From the NCBI GenBank assembly GCA_963713615.1, contig CAVQMM010000001.1, forward strand, positions 3,488,001 to 3,552,000: a stretch of DNA of 64,000 nucleotides, in the 5' to 3' direction. Below the pieces are notes generated by a model. It did not search any database, was not told where the DNA came from, and was given only the letters and a program-made list of their open reading frames with translations. How positions within the stretch are numbered: position 1 is the first letter of the stretch; each line of letters begins with the position of its first letter. Both the position numbers and the translations under genes were made by a program. This document shows, in pieces, positions 9,534-19,096 of the stretch. The DNA is from an uncultured Chlamydiae bacterium. Lineage in GTDB: Bacteria > Chlamydiota > Chlamydiia > Chlamydiales > JAJFMA01.

Positions 9534-9758
9534 CTATGAGCGTTTTATGAGTTGTTTCCTATGGGCAGGCACTTCGTTGATGAAGATTCTGAACTTCGGT
9601 GGCTGGTTACCCTGGCAAACATAGGCGTTTACCATTTCTTGGTTAGCCCTGGCCGCTTTCCCTGGGTCCTCGCATACTGCCGCTGGGAATACAGCCCAGC
9701 TGTTCTCTCGCCCAGACATCATTTGTTCCATTTTCCGTATCCTCGATTCTAGTCTCAC
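9534..9758 (-). CDS. Hypothetical protein
   Basis: 74-aa ORF abutting 9759-10139. Confidence 0.5.
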   Translation of the reverse strand: MRLESRIRKMEQMMSGRENSWAVFPAAVCEDPGKAARANQEMVNAYVCQGNQPPKFRIFINEVPAHRKQLIKRS

Positions 9759-10139
9759 TTAGTTGCCTTGTTGCTCTTCTAGCAATGATAATCGCTTCTC
9801 TAGATCTTTAAGCTCTTGGAATCTCGCGACATGACCTAGAACGTCATTAGCAACCTGGCGTTGAAGCCCTGGGTTAGGTGTGTCCAACAGGTTCACCAGG
9901 GTTTCGATAGCCTTTGTTGTGCTCGCCTTGAGCGTTTCGACCGCATCATGCACTACCAGGTCGCGAATCCTTTGCAATTCTGCGCGGAAGATGGGTTTTT
10001 TTAACCAGGTGTAATAAGTATCCTTGGCTATTTTTGCTTGTCTACACGCCTCAATGTCACTTGATGGCCCGATAAGGTGCGGCAGGGCCTTTATCTGTCG
10101 GTCTGTTAGCCTAGCCTGGTCTGTTTTGGTCCGTTGCAT
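9759..10139 (-). CDS. Phage-type HTH protein (phBC6A51 / small-terminase-like)
   Basis: LTDRQIKAL...EACRQAKIAKDTYYTWLKKPIFRAEL...AIETLVNLL; AGGA RBS. Confidence 0.6.
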   Translation of the reverse strand: MQRTKTDQARLTDRQIKALPHLIGPSSDIEACRQAKIAKDTYYTWLKKPIFRAELQRIRDLVVHDAVETLKASTTKAIETLVNLLDTPNPGLQRQVANDVLGHVARFQELKDLEKRLSLLEEQQGN

Positions 10140-10277
10140 GTACTAATCCTTATGCCCTGATTATACCACAGAAGTCTTTCATCTAAGCACCTAATCATGC
10201 GGATGCATTCTCAACCTTGTCTAGTCCATTTTTTCTGCATTCCGATTCTATAAGTAAATGATATCCAATATTTTCAG

Positions 10278-10790
10278 TTGAAATGGATACTGGACAAAAA
10301 GGTCCCTGTGGCCGATAATGGTACCCTTAATAACATTTTGGAGGGAAAAATGCGAACCGTAGTGAAGAGTGTTGCCTTGGTATTGATGATCACGGGCTGT
10401 TTGTTGAGCGTTGGCCTACTAGCCTCTAAACAAGACTTTCTACGCCACCATCATGTTCAATCGTGCGGGGACTCTATTTTCCGCATTCGCAATAGCAAGC
10501 AACAGATTATTCTAGATAATAAGCTTAATTATTTATGCACTCTTCCTATTCAGGCAAAGATTGTGCGTATTAATTCTAGCGGACGTATTGCCGGAAATTA
10601 TGGAAACAGGGGTTTTGTATGGGATCCCTCTTTTGGGTTTCTAGACTTAGGAACTCTCGGAAATGGATATACTCGAGTGGTAGACATGAACGATTTTGGC
10701 GAAATCGTTGGGTATTCTGAGGAAGCTATGATCGTGCGCGGAGGGGTGCCAACGCATGTGCTTGAGGTGCACGCACCACTTCTCCTTTAG
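10278..10790 (+). CDS. Secreted protein with HAF-type extracellular repeat (probably truncated)
   Basis: Signal-like segment after the Met at about 10350; GFVWDPSFGFLDLGTLG...DMNDFGEIVGYS. Confidence 0.6.
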   Translation: MKWILDKKVPVADNGTLNNILEGKMRTVVKSVALVLMITGCLLSVGLLASKQDFLRHHHVQSCGDSIFRIRNSKQQIILDNKLNYLCTLPIQAKIVRINSSGRIAGNYGNRGFVWDPSFGFLDLGTLGNGYTRVVDMNDFGEIVGYSEEAMIVRGGVPTHVLEVHAPLLL

Positions 10791-11021
10791 CAAGCCAATC
10801 ATCTCCAGTCTTCGCCTGCTCAAGCCTGGCGCGTTGTAAGTCTCCAAAATCGCGTATCGTTTTGGGGTCATCAAAGCCATTTGACGCGTTCTGTAGCCTC
10901 TCTGTGCGTTTTTGCCATACCGGAAAATCTTTCCTGTATTCCATTCCTGCGAAAAACCTTTCGGTCCCTAAACCTGTCGCTGTCTTAGACGTCTAGATGT
11001 AAGACACGGTTTACACCTGAA

Positions 11022-11130
11022 GTACGTCCTTAAAAAACTATGGCGCTGGCGCGCCACAGTTTTTTAAGGACGTACTTTTTTTCCTTAGAAAGCTGCGGCG
11101 CGTCAGCGCCATAGCTTTTTAAGGACTTAC
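11022..11130. mobile_element. 109-bp double-hairpin MITE (IS66-like ends), copy 1
   Basis: Ends GTACGTCCTTAAAAA / TTTTTAAGGACTTAC; 8-bp TSD CACCTGAA at 11014-11021 and 11131-11138. Confidence 0.85.
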
Positions 11131-11220
11131 CACCTGAAGCGGAGCGTCGCGTCTACAAAAAATCGGGTTTGTAAAGTATAGGGCATTGTGTTATAGTTTG
11201 GTTAGAAGTCGGAGGGGATT

Positions 11221-11604
11221 TTGCGGGTTTTCAAAACGAAAGTATTTTCCAAGTTTGCAAAGAAGGAACAGATAAGTGATACCGCATTACTTGAAGCTGT
11301 TGAAAGAGCAGAGAACGGTCTAATCGATGCTGATTTGGGAGGTCACATTATTAAGCAGAGGATCAGAAGAGAGGGACAGGGGCGATCGAGTGGATATCGA
11401 GTGTTAATCGCTGTTCGATTGAAACGAAGATATGTATTTATAACTGGTTTTGCGAAAAATGAGAAAGATAACCTTAGCGATGATGAATTAGAAACGGCGA
11501 AGGATATCGCCTCTGGTTGGCTTAATGCAGATGCGAATCAAATTAAATTTTCTCTTATAGAAGGTGAATTAAAGGAGATAAAACATGAAAAAAAAACCAA
11601 ATAG
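11221..11604 (+). CDS. RelE/HigB-like toxin
   Basis: MRVFKTKVFSKFAKKE...GLIDADLGG.IIKQRI.R.GQGRSSGYR...GFAKNEKDNL. Confidence 0.9.
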   Translation: MRVFKTKVFSKFAKKEQISDTALLEAVERAENGLIDADLGGHIIKQRIRREGQGRSSGYRVLIAVRLKRRYVFITGFAKNEKDNLSDDELETAKDIASGWLNADANQIKFSLIEGELKEIKHEKKTK

Positions 11605-11917
11605 GATAACAAAAGAACTTTTAGAAACGGCTAAAGGCATGCACAAAGTTGGTGTTCTTGACGATAAGACTTATGCAAAAATTACCAAGCGTCATCTAGG
11701 CAAAGAAAAACTTCTCGAAATGGAACCCATCACAAGCGATGAAATCCGCTCCATAAGAGAACGGGAACATATAAGCCAAGCCGTTTTTGCAAATTATCTG
11801 AATTTAACAGTGGGTTATATTTCACAATTAGAAAGAGGGATGAGACAACCATCTGGAGCTGTTCTCGCATTGCTTAATATAGTTCGTCATAAAGGGTTGA
11901 ACGCAATTTTATATTAG
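11585..11917 (+). CDS. HigA-like HTH antitoxin
   Basis: EIRSIREREHISQAVFANYLNLTVGYISQLERG.RQPSG. Confidence 0.9.
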   Translation: MKKKPNRITKELLETAKGMHKVGVLDDKTYAKITKRHLGKEKLLEMEPITSDEIRSIREREHISQAVFANYLNLTVGYISQLERGMRQPSGAVLALLNIVRHKGLNAILY

Positions 11918-11928
11918 ATGTTTATAGC

Positions 11929-12038
11929 GTACGTCCTTAAAAAACTATGGCGCTGGCGCGCCACAGCTTTTCAAGGACGTACGTTTTTTTCCTTAGAAAG
12001 CTGCGGCGCGTCAGCGCCATAGCTTTTTAAGGACTTAC
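11929..12038. mobile_element. 110-bp double-hairpin MITE, copy 2 (no TSD)
   Basis: Near-identical to 11022-11130, same orientation. Confidence 0.85.
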
Positions 12039-12180
12039 GCCTGGCAAGAAATTGCTCAAGTAAAAAGCCGAACTCGAGAAATTGAAAAACCTTTGGTCTT
12101 TACAATTAAATTGTTTAAAAATGGGTTGAAAACACTCGTTAACGAGGTGATACTGTTTATTTCTCATGGTTGCCAATCTG

Positions 12181-12340
12181 GGCCTTATTCACCTTTGCGG
12201 TCAGTTTTCGGTCGACTGCAAAAGGATCGTCTGTCGCGTTTTGCTCCTCGGACATAGCTGGCGCTATGCCCTCGTCACAAACCACGACATCCGACCTTTT
12301 TCGTCCGACCGAAATTCTGACCGTAAAGGTGAACAAGGCC
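12181..12340 (+). mobile_element. 160-bp MITE, copy 3
   Basis: 8-bp TSD CCAATCTG at 12173-12180 and 12341-12348. Confidence 0.92.
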
Positions 12341-12523
12341 CCAATCTGCATGAGTGACCGTTGAGGAGAAGTTCCCTGAAACTTATTCTAGAAAGCTGAT
12401 CGAAGTCCTATTACCTTTGAAATATCCACGGTCCACACATCAGCTAAGCTACCAATTCGTAGTTGATGCAGGTTGATCTTTGATGCGTCATAATATTGAA
12501 ACTAGCATGCTTTGCGTTATCGT

Positions 12524-12820
12524 TCATTGCTGAGCTGGCTGTATTGTCAAAACTAACCCGCATGCGCCTAAGACAGATCGCAGGCTGGACAGGCGTGGAT
12601 TACCGCGCATTGAGAGCGTTTTGTAGAGGCTTTCGCGATTGAGATCGGTTTCCTTCGCGAGGTGACTCATACCACCTTGAGCTTCAGTGATGTCTCGCAG
12701 TGCGAGGAGGAATACATGGAGATCTTCGTCCTCTAGCGCAGCGTTTAGATAGGCCGCAGCAGCACCAGGCTCTTGTAGTCGCTCATGAAGATGCTCTTTG
12801 TAACTTCGACTTCTTGCCAT
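12524..12820 (-). CDS. Addiction-module antidote (HI1420 family)
   Basis: AAAYLNAALED...FLLALRDITEAQGGMSHLAKETDLNRESLYKTLS.RGNPRL. Confidence 0.92.
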   Translation of the reverse strand: MARSRSYKEHLHERLQEPGAAAAYLNAALEDEDLHVFLLALRDITEAQGGMSHLAKETDLNRESLYKTLSMRGNPRLSSLRSVLGACGLVLTIQPAQQ

Positions 12821-12821
12821 A

Positions 12822-13160
12822 TTAATCCTCACTAGCTCGAGATTGATAATCCTGCCAGTATTTGCTGGCCTTCTTGATGTCTCCGCTTTGGCTACGCTTG
12901 TTGCCGCCACACAAGAGAATCACAAGTTTGCGACCTTGCTTGCCAAAATAAATACGGTAGCCTGGTCCATTGTGGATTCGTAGTTCAAATACCTTAGCAC
13001 CATCTACAGGTTTACAGTCGCCAAAGTTTCCCAACCGCAGTCGGCCCACCCGTGTCCAGATCATTCCCTGTAAGGTTGGATCTAGGCCCTGTTCCCACTC
13101 TGCAAAGGGTTGCTGTCCGTTTGCGGTTTCGTAGATTTGAATTTCGATCGCATCTCGCAT
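12822..13160 (-). CDS. Addiction-module killer (HI1419 family, RelE-like)
   Basis: RLRLGNFGDCKPVDG..VFELRIHNGPGYRIYF...VILLCGGNKRSQSGDIKKA. Confidence 0.92.
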   Translation of the reverse strand: MRDAIEIQIYETANGQQPFAEWEQGLDPTLQGMIWTRVGRLRLGNFGDCKPVDGAKVFELRIHNGPGYRIYFGKQGRKLVILLCGGNKRSQSGDIKKASKYWQDYQSRASED

Positions 13161-13357
13161 ATCCTTATTGTAGCAAATAGACTACATTACTGCAAAGAGC
13201 AAATGTTGAACGTTCATCTGTGGGTCAATTCTGGGTCGGTACATCGCATAATTTGCCATAATCTGGCGTAAGAAATGCACATGGTTCAAATAAATTATAG
13301 TGTATAGATTGCTATGTGGCATTAGGTGGTGTTATGGGACGTTACGTCCATGGCTGC

Positions 13358-13411
13358 GACTTAAAATCCCTCGGGCGCAAGCCTATGCCGGTTCGAGTCC
13401 GGCTCCGAGCA
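13358..13411 (+). repeat. 3' fragment of tRNA-Leu(UAA), att-site copy 2
   Basis: Identical to 2885-2938; 5' half of the tRNA absent. Confidence 0.9.
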
Positions 13412-13414
13412 TTC

Positions 13415-13520
13415 TTAGGTTATCGTTCATTGCGGAGTCCACGTTAGATGCATAGCATCATCATTGGGACGCTTAGCGAGTCCGGGGCCTTGTGCCCAGA
13501 ACGATAACCCAACTTTTTTT
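13415..13520 (+). other. Conserved multi-hairpin element after the tRNA fragment (copy 2)
   Basis: GGTTATCGTTC...GAACGATAACC closing stem, internal hairpins, T tract. Confidence 0.6.
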
Positions 13521-13879
13521 TATCCCACATCTCATCTCCTGCATCTATGTCGGATAGTTAAACTGCCGGTGGGCTGTCAACACGCTTTCTAAGTGTCATA
13601 GTGTCAGCTTTACCTCCCTGCTGACCCCTACCAAGTAACAAATTTTTAAAAACTGCTCATCACATCTTCATCTATGTATGTAATAATTTGCACTATTAGA
13701 AAACTGTACTTCTGCTGTGAGGGATTTCTTTTATGACGTTGGAATAAATGTAGTCAAAACTACATGGTCCTATGTTATATATTGGGCAGTCTAAAAAAAA
13801 CTATCTTGTGAGGTAATTGTGTACACTTTAAGTTTGCTTCTCGCTGCCACTATGATGTTCGGGTCATCGAATACGCCGT

Positions 13880-14090
13880 CTGACGCGTCTGGCCCTTCGT
13901 GGCCTCTACAACCAACTCCTCATATAGATCCTCCGAAAAGGTCGTTTGAATACCATTCAGTTCAAAAAATAGAATCGCCGTTAAGGCTCCTGTTCTCTTG
14001 TTACCATCGTTAAAGGGATGGTTCTGAACCAGATGAAAGAGATAGGCAACCGCTTTGTCATAGATGATTCTATGTAGCGGTGCACTAAAC
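13880..14090 (-). pseudogene. Third doc fragment
   Basis: IYDKAVAYLFHLVQNHPFNDGNKRTGALTAILFFELNGIQTTFSE, nearly identical to 2010-2432. Confidence 0.85.
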
Positions 14091-14139
14091 GAGTTCGTGG
14101 ACGATGACGTAGTCGATGACAAACATGGGCGCCTTAATG

Positions 14140-14663
14140 AGACGCCAGTTTACAAACACCATTTATGCATGCGCTTTATGGCAGCCCTACAGGCTGCTAA
14201 AACCGTTTTGGCATATACCATGGCGATGCCACATAGGCCTCAACCTAAGCCTAACAATCGTATCTCGGCGCGCAGCGCTTTGGAGTGCGGTCGCTTGCGA
14301 CCGCTTTGGGTTCCTTGCGACGGTCGTGTGCAACGGCATCACTATAATTCCCTAAGGGTAAAATAGTTAGTACATGCAGCCTTCGACGAATCCATACAAT
14401 GCCGTTTAGCATTGCCGTCCCAAGGAACGAAAAGCGGTCGCAAGCGACCGCACTCCAAAGCGCTGCGCGCCGAGATACGATTGTGAAGTCCTAAGTCATT
14501 GAGATATAAGCTCAAAAGACCTGTTAGGTTGAGGCCTATGTGGCGATGCCATGGCCTGTTGCAATATCGACCCTTCGGGCCTGGGAAGGGAATGACTCTC
14601 TCTTCATCGGCATCCGATTTTCAGGAAATTGACTTCGGAGAATCGGACTTCTGCAATTACCTC
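14140..14663 (+). mobile_element. Composite MITE (GAGGTAATTGCA family), left-truncated, with 309-bp inner element at 14232-14540
   Basis: Right TIR TTCTGCAATTACCTC; inner element with CATAGGCCTCAACCTAA TIRs and 11-bp TSD TGGCGATGCCA. Confidence 0.9.
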
Positions 14664-14696
14664 TCAAGGTCCTCATGAGGTAATTGTCCTTTTGTC

Positions 14697-14856
14697 GGCC
14701 TTATTCACCTTTGCGGTCAGTTTTCGGTCGACTGCAAAAGGATCGTCTGTCGCGTTTTGCTCCTCGGACATAGCTGGCGCTATGCCCTCGTCACAAACCA
14801 CGACATCCGACCTTTTTCGTCCGACCGAAATTCTGACCGTAAAGGTGAACAAGGCC
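14697..14856 (+). mobile_element. 160-bp MITE, copy 4
   Basis: 8-bp TSD CTTTTGTC on both sides. Confidence 0.92.
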
Positions 14857-15154
14857 CTTTTGTCTGGAGTCTATGTATCTAGGAGGTGACTTTTTTTGGG
14901 GTGATGTGGTAAAAATCTTTCTTCACATTGTTAAAGTAACATTAAAGGGGGTTGGTCGCTTATGGCCAATCGGACAACAATTTCTAAACGTATTCTAGAA
15001 GTCTCTGACGATCTTTTATATATCATTGGTTATGTTAGTCACATAGATCTGAAAAACAAGATTACGAACAAATAAAGTAGTTGTGTATGGCGAAGTCGAA
15101 AAAATCTCTTTCAAACATCATTACAAGATCTAAGTCACCAAACTTGTTAATCCT

Positions 15155-15580
15155 ATGATGGGCGTTGCTGCCCTTGAAGATATTCTTAAAGGCGCTTCTT
15201 CTGAAGTAGCTTCCAAAATACGATTGTCACAGCATCTGATCGATTGGACCTCACGTTTACAGTATTTTCGAGACCGAGAAAATGATCGTAAACAGTTTAT
15301 GGCAGATGTTGAGGCTGGAAAGCGCTCTCTTCAAATGCTCTCCTGTAACCTTCTCAGCTATCAACAAGAAGGCATGCTTCATCTGGCCTTTCAAGGACGT
15401 GCCATTTTAGCCGATGAAATGGGGCTTGGAAAGACCATCCAGGCGATTGCTCTAAAGCACTACACATTCGCGAGCCGTTTGAGGATGAGCAAAATGCCGA
15501 AGTTCTACTGGCTCTTATCATGTCCTGGATGGAAGATCTTTCCACAACCCTCGCTGAGCTCCGACTGGGAGTGGTTATGA
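15155..15580 (+). pseudogene. SNF2-family helicase fragment
   Basis: LLSYQQEGMLHL...GRAILADEMGLGKTIQAIA (Q motif and Walker A), after which homology is lost. Confidence 0.85.
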
Positions 15581-15619
15581 TGGCGTAGTGCCAAAGGCTA
15601 AATTCTAGGGAGAAAAACC

Positions 15620-16165
15620 ATGGTTTTGATGACTAAAGTTGTTCTGTACATAGCGACGAGCAAGGATGGCTATATCGCCGATGAAAATGGAAGTGTGGAT
15701 TGGTTGCCGCAGACGCTAGAGGAAACGGGTGGGCAGGACTATGGCTATCAGGAATTTTACGATTCAGTCGATGTTCTTGCAATCGGAAGAAAAACCTACG
15801 AGCAGGTATTAGGATTTGGCGATTGGCCATACGCAGGAAAGCTCTCGTATGTCTTCACACACAAGCCTATGGAATCACCAAACAAAGAGATCGAGTTTGT
15901 CTCGGGTGATATCCAACAATTTATTCGCGAATTAGAAAATCGACGATTAAAGAAACTCTGGATAGTAGGAGGGGCTGAACTTATCGATGCTTTCCATGTC
16001 CAAGGGCGAATCGATGAGTTCATCGTGACGGTTTTTCCAGCTGTTCTTAAGAGTGGAATTCCATTACGGACCGTTAAGGATGGCCTAGAAGGAGATGAAT
16101 TGATTAAGCTGCATTCAACTGTTTTTGGCGGTGAAGTCTTCCAGAATCACTATAAAAAAAAATAG
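15620..16165 (+). CDS. Dihydrofolate reductase / RibD C-terminal family protein
   Basis: KVVLYIATSKDGYIA...GRKTYEQ...LWIVGGAELI...IDEFIVTVFP.VL..GIPL. Confidence 0.92.
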   Translation: MVLMTKVVLYIATSKDGYIADENGSVDWLPQTLEETGGQDYGYQEFYDSVDVLAIGRKTYEQVLGFGDWPYAGKLSYVFTHKPMESPNKEIEFVSGDIQQFIRELENRRLKKLWIVGGAELIDAFHVQGRIDEFIVTVFPAVLKSGIPLRTVKDGLEGDELIKLHSTVFGGEVFQNHYKKK

Positions 16166-16342
16166 CGTGTTAAGGGTTCAGTAGAAGAAGGTGGGAGTGA
16201 TCCTGCTTATCATGCCGCGAAGCGATCCTGCATATCCTGTTAAGGTCCATTTTAGACGTATCTACAACATTTTTTAGCTTTTAACAAGCCACTATTTAAT
16301 GGGATGTAAAAGCTGTTTTTTTGTTAGGTCGATGGGTAGAAT

Positions 16343-17401
16343 TCACTTGCAGTCCTCGACCAGTGAGCTAACGGAAACGCCCAAGAGACGAAGTGGACGA
16401 GTATGAGCTTCCGTTTTATCCAGAAGCCTGGAGGCTACCGCAAATAGCTGTTCGACGCTGCCGATGGGCACACCTAAGCTTAAACTACGAGTTTTCGTTG
16501 TGAAGTCAGTGTAGCGCACTTTTAACGTAATTGTGCGGCCGCGGCGCTGGTGTTTTTCAAGAGTTTTTGCCAGATCTAAACAAATGTTTTCTAGCTCCGA
16601 CATCAGCAGATTTGCTTCAGAGATGTCGCGAGAGAAGGTTGTTTCTTTGCCGATGGATTTGCGAACGCGAGAGGGATTTACCAGGCGATCATCTTGGCAG
16701 ATGGCAAGTTTATAGAAAAATTCGCCCATTTTGCCAAAATGTTCCCGTAGACGGTCTTGGCCAAATCTTTTTAGATCAGCGCCAGTGAGGATTCCGAGAG
16801 CTAGAAACTTTCTGGCTGTTGCTTTGCCAACGCCATAGAATTTCTGAATAGGAAGTTGTTCTACAAAGGCAATCGCATGCTCAGGAATGATGACAGTCAG
16901 GCCATCGGGTTTTCTCCAGCCTGAGGCGAGCTTTGCTAGAAACTTATTGAAAGAAACTCCTGCACTGGCTCGTAGGCCTGTTTCGGTAAAAATCTGCTCT
17001 TTAATGCACTGCGCGAGCCGGGTAGCTGATGGCTGCCCCTTCTTATTGGTGGTCACATCCAAGTAAGCTTCATCGAGTGCTAGAGGCTCCATGAGGTCGG
17101 TATACTGCCGAAAAATGTCGTGGAGTTGCTGAGAGATGGACTTGTAGACATCGAACCGTGGGGCGATGAAAATGGCTTGTGGGCATAGTCTAAAGGCTCG
17201 ATGACATGACAGGGCAGAGTGAATTCCAAACTGACGCGCTTCATACGATGCTGTGCATACAACTCCACGCGAATAGGGCGTGCCCCCAACAACAATAGGT
17301 TTACCTCGCAGCTCAGGACGATCTCGCTGTTCAATGGAAGCATAGAAAGCGTCCATGTCGACATGAATGATTTTTCGGATGTTTTGAATGATCATGACCA
17401 T
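16343..17401 (-). CDS. dinB: DNA polymerase IV
   Basis: IIHVDMDAFYASIEQRD, ASYEARQFG, LDEAYLD, NKFLAKLAS..RKPDG. Confidence 0.97.
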   Translation of the reverse strand: MVMIIQNIRKIIHVDMDAFYASIEQRDRPELRGKPIVVGGTPYSRGVVCTASYEARQFGIHSALSCHRAFRLCPQAIFIAPRFDVYKSISQQLHDIFRQYTDLMEPLALDEAYLDVTTNKKGQPSATRLAQCIKEQIFTETGLRASAGVSFNKFLAKLASGWRKPDGLTVIIPEHAIAFVEQLPIQKFYGVGKATARKFLALGILTGADLKRFGQDRLREHFGKMGEFFYKLAICQDDRLVNPSRVRKSIGKETTFSRDISEANLLMSELENICLDLAKTLEKHQRRGRTITLKVRYTDFTTKTRSLSLGVPIGSVEQLFAVASRLLDKTEAHTRPLRLLGVSVSSLVEDCK

Positions 17402-17489
17402 ACGATAACTAATAGTGCTTTAATGATGAAAAAATTCCTCTTGTCAACAGGCCGATTTTCTGACATCTTTAAGGTCCCTATATACCGAC

Positions 17490-17891
17490 TTGAGTGTGAT
17501 GATGCAAAAGAATATCTGTCCGTTAAAGCAGGTGGAAGAACAAGAAATTGAAGCTCGTAAGTTTGGGTTCTATTGGGAGCACATTGACCAACTGATCGAG
17601 CAGGTCCGTAGCGAGTGCTTAGAAGTTCAAGATGCCTGGCAAAAAAATGACCGTTCCCATTTACAAGAAGAGGTGGGAGATCTTATCCAAGCTACTGTGA
17701 GTCTGGCTGTATTTTGTGGTTTTGACCCTCGTGAAACTCTGCTGAAGAGTGTTGAAAAATTTCAAAAGAGATACGACACCTGTGTCAAACTGGTACACGA
17801 TGATGGGTATGCCGACCTGCGTGACCAACCGTTTAACGATGTGCTGCTAAGCTACTGGAAAAGAGCCAAACAACATCAAGCTGAGCTATGA
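17490..17891 (+). CDS. MazG-like nucleotide pyrophosphohydrolase
   Basis: FGFYW...VRSECLEV...LQEEVGDL...KFQKRY. Confidence 0.85.
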   Translation: MSVMMQKNICPLKQVEEQEIEARKFGFYWEHIDQLIEQVRSECLEVQDAWQKNDRSHLQEEVGDLIQATVSLAVFCGFDPRETLLKSVEKFQKRYDTCVKLVHDDGYADLRDQPFNDVLLSYWKRAKQHQAEL

Positions 17892-18000
17892 GGTTGATAG
17901 AAAATATCCCCTTAGGAAAAAAAGTCTAACTACAGCCGTCGCGTTGCTTTAGGATTATACATCAGGCCGATTTCAGATGATTAAATAAGATGCTTTAGTT

Positions 18001-18948
18001 GTGAAAAAATTTAATGAAATCGTGATTTTGTTATTCGGTTTGTTTTCAGGTTTAATAATGTGCGTCGATTTTTTTTGTATAGCATGTCATGCTATGGAGG
18101 ATTCATCCGCCGAAAGGGGAGTCGAGGCACTCATTGGTGAACGGTTTGGAAAAGAAGCTGCGAATTATACAGCAGGCCGACGAGGTTATGGAGAAGCCTT
18201 ATATACCTATTTAAGGCAAAAGATGCGCTCTGATGTGACTATTTTGGATGTTGGTTGTGGTACTGGAATTGCTACACGAGAACTGTACGAGCACGGCTTT
18301 CATGCCATTCAGGGGTGTGATATAGATCCGCTTATGATTCTCGAGGCTGATCGTCGAAGCAAACAATTAAATCTCCCCATTCCTTATAAATGTGCCGCTG
18401 TGGTAGATCTCTCGACAGTATTTCCTGATGAACAATTCGATGTTATTACAGCATTTACGTGTTTTCATTGGTTCTGTAATCAAGAGTCTATCGAAGTCAT
18501 CTTCCGCAAACTCAATCCGTATGGTGCTTTTGTCGTCGTGTCAGTCGCTAGAGCAAATCTCGACGAGGCTATTCTGAAGGAATTCTGGGCTATCATCGAG
18601 CAAGTCTCGGGCAAGCCTGTATTGGATCCTAGACATGCCTATAACCCCGAAGAAGCGCTAAAAAATTATGGTTGCTCGGTAGAGGTGCATACTTGGACTC
18701 ACGATGAGTACTACACATTTGAAGAAGTCATGGCTAAACTGCAGACTTTTAGTGGTTGGTGTGCCTTAACAAGTGAGGAAAAGCAGAGGGGTTTGCCTCT
18801 TCTAGAAAAGTTTGTTAGCAGTCGGGCTGAGATACTGATGCATAGAATGGTCGAGGTGACCTGTTTGGTTGCTGCGTTACCGATTTATACCATTAGGGTT
18901 GAATCATTTAACGCTTCACATAGTAGAGAAGAAAAACAAAAAATTTAA
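18001..18948 (+). CDS. Class I SAM-dependent methyltransferase with hydrophobic N-terminus
   Basis: ILDVGCGTGIAT, FDVITAFTCFHWF. Confidence 0.9.
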   Translation: MKKFNEIVILLFGLFSGLIMCVDFFCIACHAMEDSSAERGVEALIGERFGKEAANYTAGRRGYGEALYTYLRQKMRSDVTILDVGCGTGIATRELYEHGFHAIQGCDIDPLMILEADRRSKQLNLPIPYKCAAVVDLSTVFPDEQFDVITAFTCFHWFCNQESIEVIFRKLNPYGAFVVVSVARANLDEAILKEFWAIIEQVSGKPVLDPRHAYNPEEALKNYGCSVEVHTWTHDEYYTFEEVMAKLQTFSGWCALTSEEKQRGLPLLEKFVSSRAEILMHRMVEVTCLVAALPIYTIRVESFNASHSREEKQKI

Positions 18949-19096
18949 ACAGATCTCCCGTTCCTTCAACGCTGCTTCCTCTGTGTCTCCGCGTTAAATT
19001 TCCTAGGTTAATTGCACCTTTAGATGCAATGTGCCCCAAATTCTTCCCAAGAACCGAAATCAGCTAAGTTACCATTCATAGTTGTTTTGACCTAAA

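Larger units (their letters stand above)
2885..13411. mobile_element. Integrative genomic island between two tRNA-Leu 3' fragments (10,473-bp period)
   Basis: Direct repeats of the tRNA 3' end plus about 140 bp of similar upstream arm (from 2746 and 13219); contains a tyrosine integrase, a Xis-like gene and TA modules. Confidence 0.85.
14140..15598 (+). repeat. 1.46-kb direct repeat, copy A (copy B at 19325-20783)
   Basis: Constant 5185-bp offset; contains a partial composite MITE, a 160-bp MITE and an SNF2 fragment. Confidence 0.9.

Noticed and set aside
6530..13160. Integron cassette array or prophage
   Set aside because: No attC-like repeats between the TA genes, no evident IntI-specific insertion in the integrase, and no phage structural genes.
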